64,000 bases of DNA, taken from assembly GCA_041649635.1 (NCBI GenBank), contig JBAZMV010000001.1:281197-345196 (forward strand). The letters are read 5' to 3'. The notes beneath the pieces were generated by a model. It had not been told where the DNA came from. It did no database searches and saw only the letters and a program-made list of their open reading frames with translations. Position 1 is the stretch's first letter. Each line of letters opens with the position of its first letter. The translations under genes and the position numbers were made by a program. Positions 31,805 through 41,417 of this stretch are shown piece by piece. The DNA comes from Dehalococcoidia bacterium. Lineage in GTDB: Bacteria > Chloroflexota > Dehalococcoidia > E44-bin15.

Positions 31805-32257
31805 ATGAAGCTGATAGCCAATAACCGCAAAGCTTACCACGATTACATTATCCTTGAAAGCTTCGAGGCTGGCATTATCCTGACCGGCACCGAGATCAAA
31901 TCGATAAGGGCGGGGCGGGTCAATTTAAAAGAAGGGTACGCCCGGCCGGACGGCGGCGAGATGTGGCTGTACAATGTCCATATCTCTACATACGACCCGG
32001 GCAGCAGGTACAACCACGAGCCCACTCGCACCAGGAAGCTGCTGCTCCATCACAACCAGATAAATGAATTGGCTGGAAAGGCCACGCAGAAGGGATTTAC
32101 GTTAGTCCCGCTAAAGCTGTACCTTAACAAAAAAGGAATCGCAAAGGTGGAGATCGGCCTGGCCAGGGGCAAGAAGGTCTACGACAAGCGTGAGACCATG
32201 AGCCAACGCCAGGCGGACCGCGACATGGAACGCGCCATAAAAACCAATAAGCGATAG
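31805..32257 (+). CDS. smpB: SsrA-binding protein
   Basis: [11 protein letters not shown]...GTEIKS blocks and a C-terminal basic tail. Lies immediately upstream of the tmRNA gene. Confidence 0.9.
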   Translation: MKLIANNRKAYHDYIILESFEAGIILTGTEIKSIRAGRVNLKEGYARPDGGEMWLYNVHISTYDPGSRYNHEPTRTRKLLLHHNQINELAGKATQKGFTLVPLKLYLNKKGIAKVEIGLARGKKVYDKRETMSQRQADRDMERAIKTNKR

Positions 32258-32322
32258 CTATCGTCTATTGAACCGGTGGGCTTCCATCGCTGTACCGAAT
32301 GCTATTCCAATATAGAAGTGCC

Positions 32323-32413
32323 GAGAGGTGCAGGATACTTCCTGCCGGGGTTTTAGGGGTGTCCCCTAATTCTTTTACATTTCCCCCAAGATTGGGGGAT
32401 AAAAGGGGGTTGA
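32323..32413 (+). repeat. Structured intergenic repeat, copy 2 (immediately upstream of ssrA)
   Basis: GAGAGGTG; CAGGA-TACT-TCCTG; CCGGGGTTTTAGGGGTGTCCCCTAATTCTTTTACATTTCCCCCAAGATTGGGGGATAAAAGGGGGTTGA. The 3' TTGATT, 17 nt and CTAATA could serve as the ssrA promoter. Confidence 0.6.
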
Positions 32414-32440
32414 TTTGCACAATCTGCATTCTCTAATATC

Positions 32441-32788
32441 GGGGACGAGTGGTTTCGACAGAGTTGGAGTGCTCCAGGATTGCAGGCCGAGCCGCCATTA
32501 ACTCGTAAAACTGGTGGCAAAAAAGTAACTGACAAAGAATTCGTCTACGCTAGCTAAGCGCTGACACACCACCCGACTTTCACCCGGCGAACGAGGGCTG
32601 GTGACGATTAGCCGGGATGCGGCGAGCGCAACGCCGATAGCGTCCGCCAAAGTAAAAACTCGGCTGGTTTGGGCATGCGCGGCCGACAGTGCATGTTCAG
32701 GCGAGAAAACAATCGCCGGCTAAGCTTGTAGTACATCCGGAGTTGGACTTCTCTGGACGGGGAGTTCGACCCTCCCCCGTCTCCACCA
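32441..32788 (+). ncRNA. ssrA: Transfer-messenger RNA (tmRNA)
   Basis: 5' GGGGACGAGTGGTTTCGACAG (acceptor/D-like). 3' T-arm GGAGTTCGACCCTCC and acceptor CGTCTCC-A-CCA pairing with the 5' GGGGACG. An internal short ORF ends ...EFVYAS-TAA (candidate tag). smpB is adjacent. Confidence 0.8.
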
Positions 32789-32798
32789 GACAATTCGA

Positions 32799-32835
32799 GC
32801 CTCTGTTTTTATAAAATCAGGGGCTCTTTTGTTAT
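32799..32835 (+). terminator. Intrinsic terminator downstream of ssrA
   Basis: GAGCCTCTG-(12 nt)-CAGGGGCTC hairpin followed by TTTTGTT. Confidence 0.55.
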
Positions 32836-32977
32836 CCCCATATAAAAAGACTCGCCCGTCGAAATAAACCGCTCTAATCAAAGAAAAAGGCAATGCAGTA
32901 TTGACATTATTGATTTTTATGGTATTATATATTAAGAATATTAATTATCAACTCAAAAATATTAATGGCGGTGAAAA

Positions 32978-33340
32978 ATGGCTCAAGAATGGCAGAAGCT
33001 GACAAAGATGACCCAGGGCAAACCGGTAACGGTCGAACGTGTTCGCTTGATTGACAGCGACATAGCTATCGAGGGCAGCTTTACGCTCCCGCCTCTGGCC
33101 AACCTGCCGGCGGAGGACCAGGTCTTTGTTATAACCTTCGTCCGCTGTCACGGCTCCATCAAGGAGATGGAGGAGATGTTCGGCATAAGCTACCCCACCG
33201 TGAAGAACCGGATCAACCGCATCGCCCAGCAGCTCGAGCTTGTCGAAACCGTGGATGTCCTGCCCGTCGAAGAAGTGATCGGCGAGCTCGAGAACGGGAA
33301 GATATCGGCCGACGAGGCCATAAGGAGGTTATCGAAATGA
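32978..33340 (+). CDS. DUF2089-family protein (HTH), zinc-ribbon cysteines lost
   Basis: IEGSFTLPPL...FVRCHGSIKEMEEMFGISYPTVKNRINRI matches the DUF2089 core (recalled). The N-terminal CxxC pairs typical of the family are absent. Confidence 0.55.
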   Translation: MAQEWQKLTKMTQGKPVTVERVRLIDSDIAIEGSFTLPPLANLPAEDQVFVITFVRCHGSIKEMEEMFGISYPTVKNRINRIAQQLELVETVDVLPVEEVIGELENGKISADEAIRRLSK

Positions 33341-33615
33341 ATCGACCACCCGTCTGGATACGCATTAAAATTCAGGGAGAACGAGGGGGTTTCAGGCTGT
33401 GGTTGCCGCTCTTTCTGCTGCTGCCGCTGGCGCTGGTAGTCCTGATCATCCTCTCGCCATTAATACTGATCGCCGTCATTGTTCTTTGGCCCAGCGGCTG
33501 GGGAAGATGGGCGCTGGCCGTCCTGAGAGCCGCCTACAACGTATTGTGCTCAATACGCGGCCTTAAGGTCGATATCCAAAGCCGCCGCGAAACCGTGTAT
33601 ATCTCGATACAATAA
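33337..33615 (+). CDS. Small hydrophobic membrane protein
   Basis: 92 aa with one or two TM helices. 4-nt overlap with the DUF2089 gene. Confidence 0.35.
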   Translation: MNRPPVWIRIKIQGERGGFRLWLPLFLLLPLALVVLIILSPLILIAVIVLWPSGWGRWALAVLRAAYNVLCSIRGLKVDIQSRRETVYISIQ

Positions 33616-33641
33616 TAAATATCAATGAGGAGGATACTTCC

Positions 33642-34085
33642 ATGTCTGAGAATAGAAAGAAGATACTGGAGATGCTGGCCGAGAACAAGATAAGCGTTGA
33701 CGATGCCTATCGCCTGCTTAATACTATCGATTCCGCGGAGGGCGGACGGGAAAGCACGCCGAAATCGGGAACGGCGGTTAAGGACAAGCCTAAATATCTG
33801 CGGGTCACTATATTACCCGATCCCGAACACGAGAAAAGCCAGGATGTCGATCGCGTCAACGTGCGCGTGCCCATGTCGCTGCTGCGCGCCGGCATCAAGC
33901 TGACCTCACTGATTCCCACCGAGGCCAGGGAAAAAGTAGACGGGGCGTTGAAGGACAAAGGCATCGATTTCAACACGCGTAATATGAAGCCGGAAGACAT
34001 TGAGGAGCTTATCGAGTCTTTAAGCGAGCTTGAAGTAGATATAGTTAGCAGCAAAGGGGAAAAGGTAAAGGTTTTTGTCGAGTAG
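33642..34085 (+). CDS. Hypothetical protein with N-terminal SHOCT-like motif
   Basis: KILEMLAENKISVDDAYRLL N-terminus with RBS GGAGG upstream. The same ISxDEA motif ends the DUF2089 protein. Confidence 0.4.
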   Translation: MSENRKKILEMLAENKISVDDAYRLLNTIDSAEGGRESTPKSGTAVKDKPKYLRVTILPDPEHEKSQDVDRVNVRVPMSLLRAGIKLTSLIPTEAREKVDGALKDKGIDFNTRNMKPEDIEELIESLSELEVDIVSSKGEKVKVFVE

Positions 34086-34093
34086 AGAATTAT

Positions 34094-34166
34094 TCGACCC
34101 TCCCCCACCTCCACCAGAAATAAAAGAGCCTCTGGCTTTATGTAAACCAGAGGCTCTTTTGTTATG
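34094..34166 (+). repeat. Degenerate direct repeat of tmRNA 3' end plus terminator (att-like remnant)
   Basis: TTCGACCCTCCCCCACCTCCACCAGA matches ssrA 32765-32790 at 24/26 nt. It is followed by GAGCCTCTGG-(11 nt)-CCAGAGGCTC and TTTTGTTAT, like the ssrA terminator. Confidence 0.6.
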
Positions 34167-34187
34167 AATCTTCCAAATGCCTATGGG

Positions 34188-34868
34188 CTAATTACCTTCT
34201 TCGTCTGCTAGCCCTCCAGTATATCTTGTTATTACATCAGCCAATTTTTCAAATATAAATTTTCCAAGATCATCGCTAACCTTTTTGATAAACTTAGCAT
34301 CCTCTTCCAGATCAGCCACGCTGACAAGTTCAGGGTCACTGTCTGCCCATCCAATTTTTCTCCATTTCGCATTCCTTGTCCAACTAAGGCGATGTGCTCG
34401 GTCATCGGTTCGATCCTGCATAGACCAAGTGGAGTGGACTATCCGATTACGTTTTTTACTGGCTTTATCTATCCTGTCAAACAAATCATCCAATTCTCGT
34501 ATGCTTTCATCATTACTCAACGCTTCAGGTTTTAACTTGTTTGTACTACCTAGTGACATATCACAGATCTCACGTAATTTATCAGCACTACGTAGTCTGT
34601 ACGCGCAAATCCCATGCAAGGCAATGGAAAGGTCTGAAAATGTCAGCGCATGCGCAAACGTGCTCACCAACTCGGGTGCATCTCCAAATAATAGACTCAT
34701 GTACATTACCATTTGCTCTTCAAGCGCAGCGCTAACAACGACCACTTTGCCAATGGCTTTCAGATGTTCATCAGTAGGTCCTTCCATTCCGAAAGCACCG
34801 TTATCATCATTTGCTTCATTTCCCATTCGACTATTCCTTTGCTTGGTAGCTATCTGCCTTCCCACCAA
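34188..34868 (-). CDS. Hypothetical protein, low-GC, HEPN-like Rx4H motif
   Basis: 226-aa ORF in a conspicuously AT-rich segment. Contains KKRNRIVHS (R-x4-H). No other family signal. Confidence 0.4.
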   Translation of the reverse strand: MVGRQIATKQRNSRMGNEANDDNGAFGMEGPTDEHLKAIGKVVVVSAALEEQMVMYMSLLFGDAPELVSTFAHALTFSDLSIALHGICAYRLRSADKLREICDMSLGSTNKLKPEALSNDESIRELDDLFDRIDKASKKRNRIVHSTWSMQDRTDDRAHRLSWTRNAKWRKIGWADSDPELVSVADLEEDAKFIKKVSDDLGKFIFEKLADVITRYTGGLADEEGN

Positions 34869-35019
34869 TCTACAATCTTAGCTTGTTAAATAAACCGCTC
34901 GAACTGTTCTTTTTTAGCCTTGCATATGGGACAGACGTCCTGCGAGCAGCTATTCCCTAGCACACAGGTACCTACAGACAGGGCATCTCCGTAGAGGATG
35001 AGAACTAGATGATCATTCT

Positions 35020-35208
35020 CTATTTCTTTACGGTTTTCTTCGCAGTCTTCTTTACGGGCTTCTTTGCGCTCTTCGCACTTGCGGAACTCACGCCCGTTGT
35101 TTTATGGCATACAATCTTATCGCCGCACATCGGGCAGAACTTCCAGTCCGTCCTGATCTCATACCTGCACACCTTGCACTTTACGATAGCTGCTATCTTT
35201 TTCTGCAT
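35020..35208 (-). CDS. Zinc-ribbon small protein with Lys-rich tail
   Basis: CKVC...CPMC zinc ribbon and C-terminal KKPVKKTAKKTVKK. An opposite-strand ORF at 35009-35290 overlaps it, so one of the two is spurious. Confidence 0.3.
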   Translation of the reverse strand: MQKKIAAIVKCKVCRYEIRTDWKFCPMCGDKIVCHKTTGVSSASAKSAKKPVKKTAKKTVKK

Positions 35209-35317
35209 ATCACACCTCCAAAAGGTTTATGTCTACGCTGATAGATTATTCCTCGCCCCAAGCATTAGTCAAGTATTCATACATCAATAAATCAGTTATT
35301 ATATTCTCGGCACTAAC

Positions 35318-35734
35318 ATGAAACGAGCACTTAACGAAAAACTGATCGCACCATGCGGCATGAACTGCGGCGTTTGCATGGCTTATTTGAGAGAGAAAAA
35401 CAGATGCCCCGGCTGCCGCGGCAACGATACGGATAAGCCTATCTCTTGCGTTCGATGCAAGATTATAAACTGCGAGACGCTGGCAAAGAGCAAGTCAAAA
35501 TTCTGTTTTGAATGCGAAAAGCGCTGCGCCAGATTGAAACAATTAGATAAACGCTATCGCACGAAATACGGCATGAGCATGATCGAGAACCTAGAATTTA
35601 TAAGGGACAAAGGCATGGACAAGTTCCTGCGCTGGCAGGCCGAGAAATACAAATGTCCGAAATGCGGCGGCGTCATCTGCGTTCACAACAAAAAGTGCTA
35701 CGACTGTAATTACATCGAAAGCGGGAGCAGTTAA
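35318..35734 (+). CDS. Cys-rich DUF3795-like protein
   Basis: [14 protein letters not shown] and CPKCGG patterns typical of DUF3795. Confidence 0.5.
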   Translation: MKRALNEKLIAPCGMNCGVCMAYLREKNRCPGCRGNDTDKPISCVRCKIINCETLAKSKSKFCFECEKRCARLKQLDKRYRTKYGMSMIENLEFIRDKGMDKFLRWQAEKYKCPKCGGVICVHNKKCYDCNYIESGSS

Positions 35735-35739
35735 AAGAA

Positions 35740-36513
35740 ATGGCTGAACTCACTATCCTGTCATGGAACGTGAACGGCATCCGCGCCGTATATAAGAAGG
35801 GCTTCGTCGACTGGCTTACGGATGCAAGCCCGGACATACTGTGCGTGCAGGAGACCAAGGCTGCGGAGGACCAGATGCCTTTAGATCTGAAGATGATTGA
35901 AGGCTATCATGCCTTCTTCTGCTCAGCCGAGAAGAAAGGCTACAGCGGCGTCGCGATATACACAAAGACAAAGCCGGCATCGATTGCGACGGGTTTCGGC
36001 ATCCCGCGTTTCGACGGTGAGGGCCGTGTATTGATTGCCGATTACGATAGTTTTCTACTATTCAATATCTACTTCCCCAACGGCAAGATTTCTCCTGAGC
36101 GATTGCAGTACAAGCTTGATTTCTACGACGCGTTTCTGGATTATGTCAATGACATGGTAAATATGGGCAGGAACGTCATCATATGCGGCGATGTGAATAC
36201 CGCGCACAAGGAGATCGACCTGGCACGCCCCAGGGAGAACGAAAAGGTATCGGGTTTCCTGCCCGTCGAGCGTGCATGGCTCGATAAATTTATCGACAAT
36301 GGATACTTGGACACGTTCAGGCAGTTCGACGGTTCCCCGGGACGCTACACTTGGTGGGACTTGAAAAGCGGCACACGGGAGCGCAACGTTGGCTGGAGGA
36401 TCGACTACTTCTTCGTGAACTCCGGGTTTATCGGCAAAGTGAAGCGTGCATACATCCTGCCCGACGTTACAGGGTCCGACCACTGCCCTATCGGCATAGC
36501 GATCGAAGTATAG
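35740..36513 (+). CDS. xth: Exodeoxyribonuclease III
   Basis: [13 protein letters not shown], the catalytic CLQE and the C-terminal GSDHCP. Confidence 0.85.
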   Translation: MAELTILSWNVNGIRAVYKKGFVDWLTDASPDILCVQETKAAEDQMPLDLKMIEGYHAFFCSAEKKGYSGVAIYTKTKPASIATGFGIPRFDGEGRVLIADYDSFLLFNIYFPNGKISPERLQYKLDFYDAFLDYVNDMVNMGRNVIICGDVNTAHKEIDLARPRENEKVSGFLPVERAWLDKFIDNGYLDTFRQFDGSPGRYTWWDLKSGTRERNVGWRIDYFFVNSGFIGKVKRAYILPDVTGSDHCPIGIAIEV

Positions 36514-36699
36514 CTTGTCGTCAGGAAGCTCCTTTTTCAATTCGAAAGTTGCTCTGAATCCATTTCGATGATAGAATAGACCTATAACATCAAATTTATT
36601 CGCGTCGTTCACTACATCCGCTGATAACTGCCCCGGTAAACTATCATGATCCAGACTCCAGCCGATATCGATGCGTAAATACAAACTAGAGGAGATAAT

Positions 36700-38925
36700 A
36701 TGTCTAAACTTGTAGCAACTCTAGCGATAAGCGGCGCCCACAAAGTCGTAAATAAAGCTGACGCAATGCTTAAAAGCGCAATTGAGAAACACGGTCCGGA
36801 CGCGCCTGTGGCCTTCGTGGACCGCGATGGAGCGGGTACAACATACGGCCTACCTCTCATATACGCCATAACTGGCAAGAAGATAGCGAAGCTCGGCGAC
36901 ATGCCCGCGATACTCGATGCGGCCAAAGGCATGCTGACCCCGGTACCCGACGGCGAAACGGTGCAGCCCGATATCGGCAATGCCCTCAATGCAGGCGTGG
37001 CGACACTATTTGCCGAGGAGATGATCAAAGGCGTCGAGTTCGTTGAGGGTAAGCAGCCGGAGGAAAGGGACGGATACAAATATAATGGGCCTATAAGCGA
37101 CGTGCAGACGCGCGCCTGGGGCGTAGCCATGGTGGACGGATCGATGCCGGGGTTCGCCGTCATCGTCGGCGCCGCTAAGAACAACGAGGTGGCGGTCAAG
37201 ATAGTGCGCGAACTGCAGTCGCGCGGCCAGCTTATTTTCCTGTCATCAATGTCCGACGGAAAATCGATTGTCGACCAGTTACTGGAGGAAGGCGTCGAGC
37301 TGGGATACAACACCTACACCGCGCCCCTCGGCAGCGACACCGAGTCCGCCATATACGCCGCGGGCTACGCCGCCAGGGCCGCCATGAGCTTCGGCAACAT
37401 ACCGGCGGGCAACGCCAAGGACATTATCGAATATAATAAGAACCGCTGTCTGGCTTACGTTCTGTGTCTGGGCCCGCTGGACGATATCAAGGTGGCGACG
37501 GGTGCCGGAGCGCTTAACTTCGGCTTCCCCATAATCTGCGATACCGATATACCCGATCTCGAGGGCGTAGAGGACGTAATTATCAGCATGCCTTTCGACG
37601 ATATCCCCGGCGCGGATGACATGGAGCGAGCGCGCAAGCTGGTGCAGCGCTGCATCGAGGCGCGCGGTATTAAACTAAAGATCGCCGAGGTGCCCATCCC
37701 TGTGTCCTTCGGTCCGGCGTTCGAGGGCGAGATAGTGCGCCGCAACGATATGCAGGCGGAATGGGGCGGCAAGAACGCGGCCGGCCTGGAGTGGCTGCGG
37801 ATGAGGGCTATGGACGACATCGAGGACGGCAAGGTAACCGTCGTCGGCCCCGAGGTAACCGAACTGGAAGAGGGCTCGGCCAATCCGATTGCCGTTATCG
37901 TGGAAGTAGCCGGCAGCAAAATGGAGAAAGATTTCGAGCCGGTGCTGGAGCGGCAGATACACAATTTCGTTAACTGCGCCGAGGGCGTGCAGCACATCGG
38001 GCAGAGGGACATCGTCTGGATACGCATCAGCAAGAAAGCGGCCTCTGCCGGTTTCCGTTTAAAGCACCTTGGCGATATCATACACGCCAGCCTGCACAAC
38101 GATTTCGGCGCTATCGTCGATAAGGTTCAGGTAACGATATATACCGAGAAAGCTCAAGTGGAAAAGTTCACAGTACAAGCGCGCGAGGTCTACCGCGAGC
38201 GCGACGAGCGCATGGCCGGCATAACCGACGAGGCCGTCGATACGTATTACAGCTGTACGCTGTGCCAGTCGTTCGCCCCTAACCACGTCTGCATAATCCC
38301 GCCTGAGCGCACCGGGCTCTGCGGCGCATACTCATGGCTCGATTGTCGCGCCGCTTTCGAGATAAATCCCACCGGCCCCAACCAGCCCGTGCCTAAGGGA
38401 ACAATTGTCGACGCGGAGAAGGGCGAATGGGAAGGGGTCAACAATTTCGTTTTCGAGCGCTCCAACCGCAGCTTCGACCGCTTCACCTTCTATTCCATAA
38501 TGGACGCGCCGATGACCACCTGCGGCTGCTGCGAGGCGGTCACCATGCTCATCCCTGAGGCTAACGGATTTGTAGTAGTCTCGCGCGACGACCCGAGCAT
38601 GACGCCCGCCGGGATGACCTTCACCTCGATGATGGGAACCGTCGGAGGTGGTCAGCAGACGCCGGGGATGATGGGACACAGCAAGCGCTGGCTCGCCAGT
38701 CCCAAATACATACCGTTCGAGGGCGGGTTAAAGCGCGTAGTCTGGTTGTCGAAGAACATCAAAGAAGAGTTCGCCGACGAGCTCAAGGAAGCCTGCGAAC
38801 GGCTGGGCGCGCCCGACCTGATGGATAAGGTCGCGGACGGCGACAGCGCAACCACTCTGGAGGAGCTTCTGCCATTTCTGGAGAAAAAGGGGCATCCCGC
38901 GCTGACCATGGAGCCGCTGATTTAA
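36700..38925 (+). CDS. acsB: CO dehydrogenase/acetyl-CoA synthase complex, acetyl-CoA synthase subunit
   Basis: Strong block-wise similarity to Moorella AcsB (recalled): VDTYYSCTLCQSFAPNHVCIIPPERTGLCGA, the A-cluster CGCCEA, and EKKGHPALTM at the C-terminus. Confidence 0.9.
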   Translation: MSKLVATLAISGAHKVVNKADAMLKSAIEKHGPDAPVAFVDRDGAGTTYGLPLIYAITGKKIAKLGDMPAILDAAKGMLTPVPDGETVQPDIGNALNAGVATLFAEEMIKGVEFVEGKQPEERDGYKYNGPISDVQTRAWGVAMVDGSMPGFAVIVGAAKNNEVAVKIVRELQSRGQLIFLSSMSDGKSIVDQLLEEGVELGYNTYTAPLGSDTESAIYAAGYAARAAMSFGNIPAGNAKDIIEYNKNRCLAYVLCLGPLDDIKVATGAGALNFGFPIICDTDIPDLEGVEDVIISMPFDDIPGADDMERARKLVQRCIEARGIKLKIAEVPIPVSFGPAFEGEIVRRNDMQAEWGGKNAAGLEWLRMRAMDDIEDGKVTVVGPEVTELEEGSANPIAVIVEVAGSKMEKDFEPVLERQIHNFVNCAEGVQHIGQRDIVWIRISKKAASAGFRLKHLGDIIHASLHNDFGAIVDKVQVTIYTEKAQVEKFTVQAREVYRERDERMAGITDEAVDTYYSCTLCQSFAPNHVCIIPPERTGLCGAYSWLDCRAAFEINPTGPNQPVPKGTIVDAEKGEWEGVNNFVFERSNRSFDRFTFYSIMDAPMTTCGCCEAVTMLIPEANGFVVVSRDDPSMTPAGMTFTSMMGTVGGGQQTPGMMGHSKRWLASPKYIPFEGGLKRVVWLSKNIKEEFADELKEACERLGAPDLMDKVADGDSATTLEELLPFLEKKGHPALTMEPLI

Positions 38926-38962
38926 AAAGATGACTATATCGCCACATCTGGCAATAGTAAGA

Positions 38963-39052
38963 AGAGGTGCAGGAGATTTTTCTCCTGCCGGGGTTTTAGG
39001 GGTGTCCCCTATTTTTTAGAGTCCCCCAAGAATGGGGGATACAGGGGGTTGA
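38963..39052 (+). repeat. Structured intergenic repeat, copy 3
   Basis: AGAGGTG; CAGGAGA-TTTT-TCTCCTG; CCGGGGTTTTAGGGGTGTCCCCTATTTTTTAGAGTCCCCCAAGAATGGGGGATACAGGGGGTTGA. Lies between acsB and acsD. Confidence 0.6.
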
Positions 39053-39118
39053 TAACCTTCATCTATCAGTTCCATAATTAATGCATCCGTAACTCTCGAA
39101 CCGTAAAGGAGAAGATAC

Positions 39119-40084
39119 ATGTCGGCAGTACAGGTACCAATCGAGAAATGGACCGGCAAGGTGCACCAGGTCACGCTGGGCGGCCAGGGCGGGCGCAAGT
39201 CAGTAACCGTAGGCGGAGAGAGCACGCTGCCGTTCCTGCTGTTCGAAGGCGTAATGCCGAACAAGCCCGCGGTCGCCATCGAGATCCTCGATTGTAAACC
39301 GGACGACTGGGCCTATAATCTGTTAGCTGCGTGGGGCGACGCCGTATCGGACACGGCGAAATGGGCCAAAAAGGTCGTGGAATTCGGCGCCGACATTGTA
39401 ACGTTGCGACTGCGCAGCGCTCATCCGGAAGTAGCCGACACCGGAATCGAGCAAGCAAAGAAGAGCGTAGACGCGGTACTCTCCGCCGTCGATGTTCCCA
39501 TAATCATTCTTGGCCCCGGGGTAACGGAAAAGGACGCAGAGGTGCTGCGAGCCGCGTCTGAAACCGCCCGCGGACAGCGTGTGGCGCTGGGCAACTGCGA
39601 GGAGAAGAATTACCGCACCATAGCGGCGAGCTGCATCGCCGACGGGCATGTGGCCATCGGTCATACGCCGCTCGATATCAATCTGGCAAAACAGCTCAAT
39701 ATCCTGCTGCACGAGGTGGGCCTGCCTCTCGACGCGATACTGATGGACCCCGATGTCGGAGCGCTGGGCTACGGGCTGGAATATTCCTATTCGGTCATGG
39801 AGCGCCTCAAACTGGCCGCGCTGGGAGGGGACAAGATGGCCGCCATGCCCATGACCTGCAATGTGGGAGCTGAATCGTGGCGGCAAAAGGAAGCGAAGGC
39901 CACGGAGAACGTCCCCGAGGGCTGGGGCGATAACGAGCGGCGCGCGATTATTTGGGAGAAAATAACAGCGATGGCGATGCTGCATGCCGGGGCTGATATC
40001 ATCACGCTGCGGCATCCAGGCACTGTCGAAGCTATAAAGAAGACAATCGACAAACTGATGGGCTCCCGACAGGAGGAGAGATAA
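39119..40084 (+). CDS. acsD: Corrinoid iron-sulfur protein, small subunit
   Basis: LDINLAKQLNILLHEVGLPLD and GYGLEYSYSVMERLKLAALGGDKM parallel Moorella AcsD (recalled). Confidence 0.85.
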   Translation: MSAVQVPIEKWTGKVHQVTLGGQGGRKSVTVGGESTLPFLLFEGVMPNKPAVAIEILDCKPDDWAYNLLAAWGDAVSDTAKWAKKVVEFGADIVTLRLRSAHPEVADTGIEQAKKSVDAVLSAVDVPIIILGPGVTEKDAEVLRAASETARGQRVALGNCEEKNYRTIAASCIADGHVAIGHTPLDINLAKQLNILLHEVGLPLDAILMDPDVGALGYGLEYSYSVMERLKLAALGGDKMAAMPMTCNVGAESWRQKEAKATENVPEGWGDNERRAIIWEKITAMAMLHAGADIITLRHPGTVEAIKKTIDKLMGSRQEER

Positions 40085-41413
40085 ATGGCACTCACAGGCG
40101 TTCAAATATACAAGTACCTGCCCAAAACCAACTGCAAGGACTGCGGCTTCCCCACATGTATGGCCTTCGCCATGAAGCTGGCTGGCAAGTCCGTCGAGCT
40201 CTCGCTCTGCCCCCACGTTTCAGAGGAGAGCAAGAAGCAGCTTGAGACCGCGTCAAGGCCGCCGATACGGCTGGTAACGATCGGCACAGGCGATAGCAAG
40301 GTGGAGGTCGGCAACGAGACCGTGATGTTCCGCCACGAGAAGACCTTCTTCCACAAGACAGGTCTTTTCATGCGGATAAAAGACACCGAGACCATCGATA
40401 ATGTCGCGAAGCTGGCTGACGATATTTCAAGCTACAGCGTCGAGCGCGTGGGCAAGGTTTTCAAGCTCGATGGAATCGCTGTCGATAACGCTTCGGGTGA
40501 TGCGGACGCGTTTGTAAAATGTGTTGAAGCGACAACGACCAAATCGAACCTGCCCTTAATTCTTATGTCAAATAATGTTTCGTCGTTAGACAAAGTGCTG
40601 GAGATAACCGCCGCTGCGAAGCCGCTGATATACGCCGCGACCAGGGACAACTACAAAGAGATGTCAGAATTGGCTAAGAAATACAGTTGCCCGCTGGCCA
40701 TATACGAACCGGGCGGGCTCGACACTCTCGCGGAGCTTTCGCAGCAGATGATAGATGCGGACGTTCAGGATATTGTGCTGGACCCAGGAGCGCGTGACTT
40801 CGGCGCATCGCTCACGGCTTTGACTCAGATCAGGAGGACCGCAATCAAGGCCGGCTTCGAACCACTGGGCTTCCCCACCATAGCCTTCCCCGGCGAAGAC
40901 GCTACGCTCGCGGCACAACAAATCGCGAAATATGCATCCATCGTGGTGCTTGACCGTTTCGATCCTGCTGAAATCTATTCACTGATCACGCTGCGCCTGA
41001 ACATATACACCGACCCGCAGAAGCCGATACAGATGACCCCGGGCATCTACCAGGTGGGAACCCCCGATGCACAAAGCCCTCTCGGGGTCACCACGAACTT
41101 CTCCCTGACCTACTTCTCCATCGCCGGTGAGTTCGAGGCCGCCGGCTTCCCGGCATGGCTCCTGGTATGCGATACGGAGGGGCTCTCCGTGCTCACCGCC
41201 TGGGCCGCGGGCAAGTTCGATGCCGCACGGATCGGACGCGCGTTTAAGGCTTCGGGAATGGGCGATAAGATCAAACATAAGAATCTCATTATTCCGGGCG
41301 GCGTGGCCATCATCAAAGGCGAGCTCGAGGATGAGCTTCCCGGCTGGACGATAATGGTGGGGCCGCGCGACGCCGCTGATATCGGCGGATACCTCAAGCG
41401 CAACTGGAAATAA
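40085..41413 (+). CDS. acsC: Corrinoid iron-sulfur protein, large subunit
   Basis: N-terminal Fe-S module LPKTNCKDCGFPTCMAFAMKL plus a TIM-barrel corrinoid domain. The start abuts the acsD stop. Confidence 0.85.
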   Translation: MALTGVQIYKYLPKTNCKDCGFPTCMAFAMKLAGKSVELSLCPHVSEESKKQLETASRPPIRLVTIGTGDSKVEVGNETVMFRHEKTFFHKTGLFMRIKDTETIDNVAKLADDISSYSVERVGKVFKLDGIAVDNASGDADAFVKCVEATTTKSNLPLILMSNNVSSLDKVLEITAAAKPLIYAATRDNYKEMSELAKKYSCPLAIYEPGGLDTLAELSQQMIDADVQDIVLDPGARDFGASLTALTQIRRTAIKAGFEPLGFPTIAFPGEDATLAAQQIAKYASIVVLDRFDPAEIYSLITLRLNIYTDPQKPIQMTPGIYQVGTPDAQSPLGVTTNFSLTYFSIAGEFEAAGFPAWLLVCDTEGLSVLTAWAAGKFDAARIGRAFKASGMGDKIKHKNLIIPGGVAIIKGELEDELPGWTIMVGPRDAADIGGYLKRNWK

Positions 41414-41417
41414 GAAA

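Noticed and set aside
35009-35290. 93-aa plus-strand ORF overlapping the zinc-ribbon ORF
   Set aside because: It is a hydrophobic phenylalanine-rich translation of the antisense of a Lys-rich tail. The CxxC...CxxC frame on the minus strand is more gene-like, though neither is secure.
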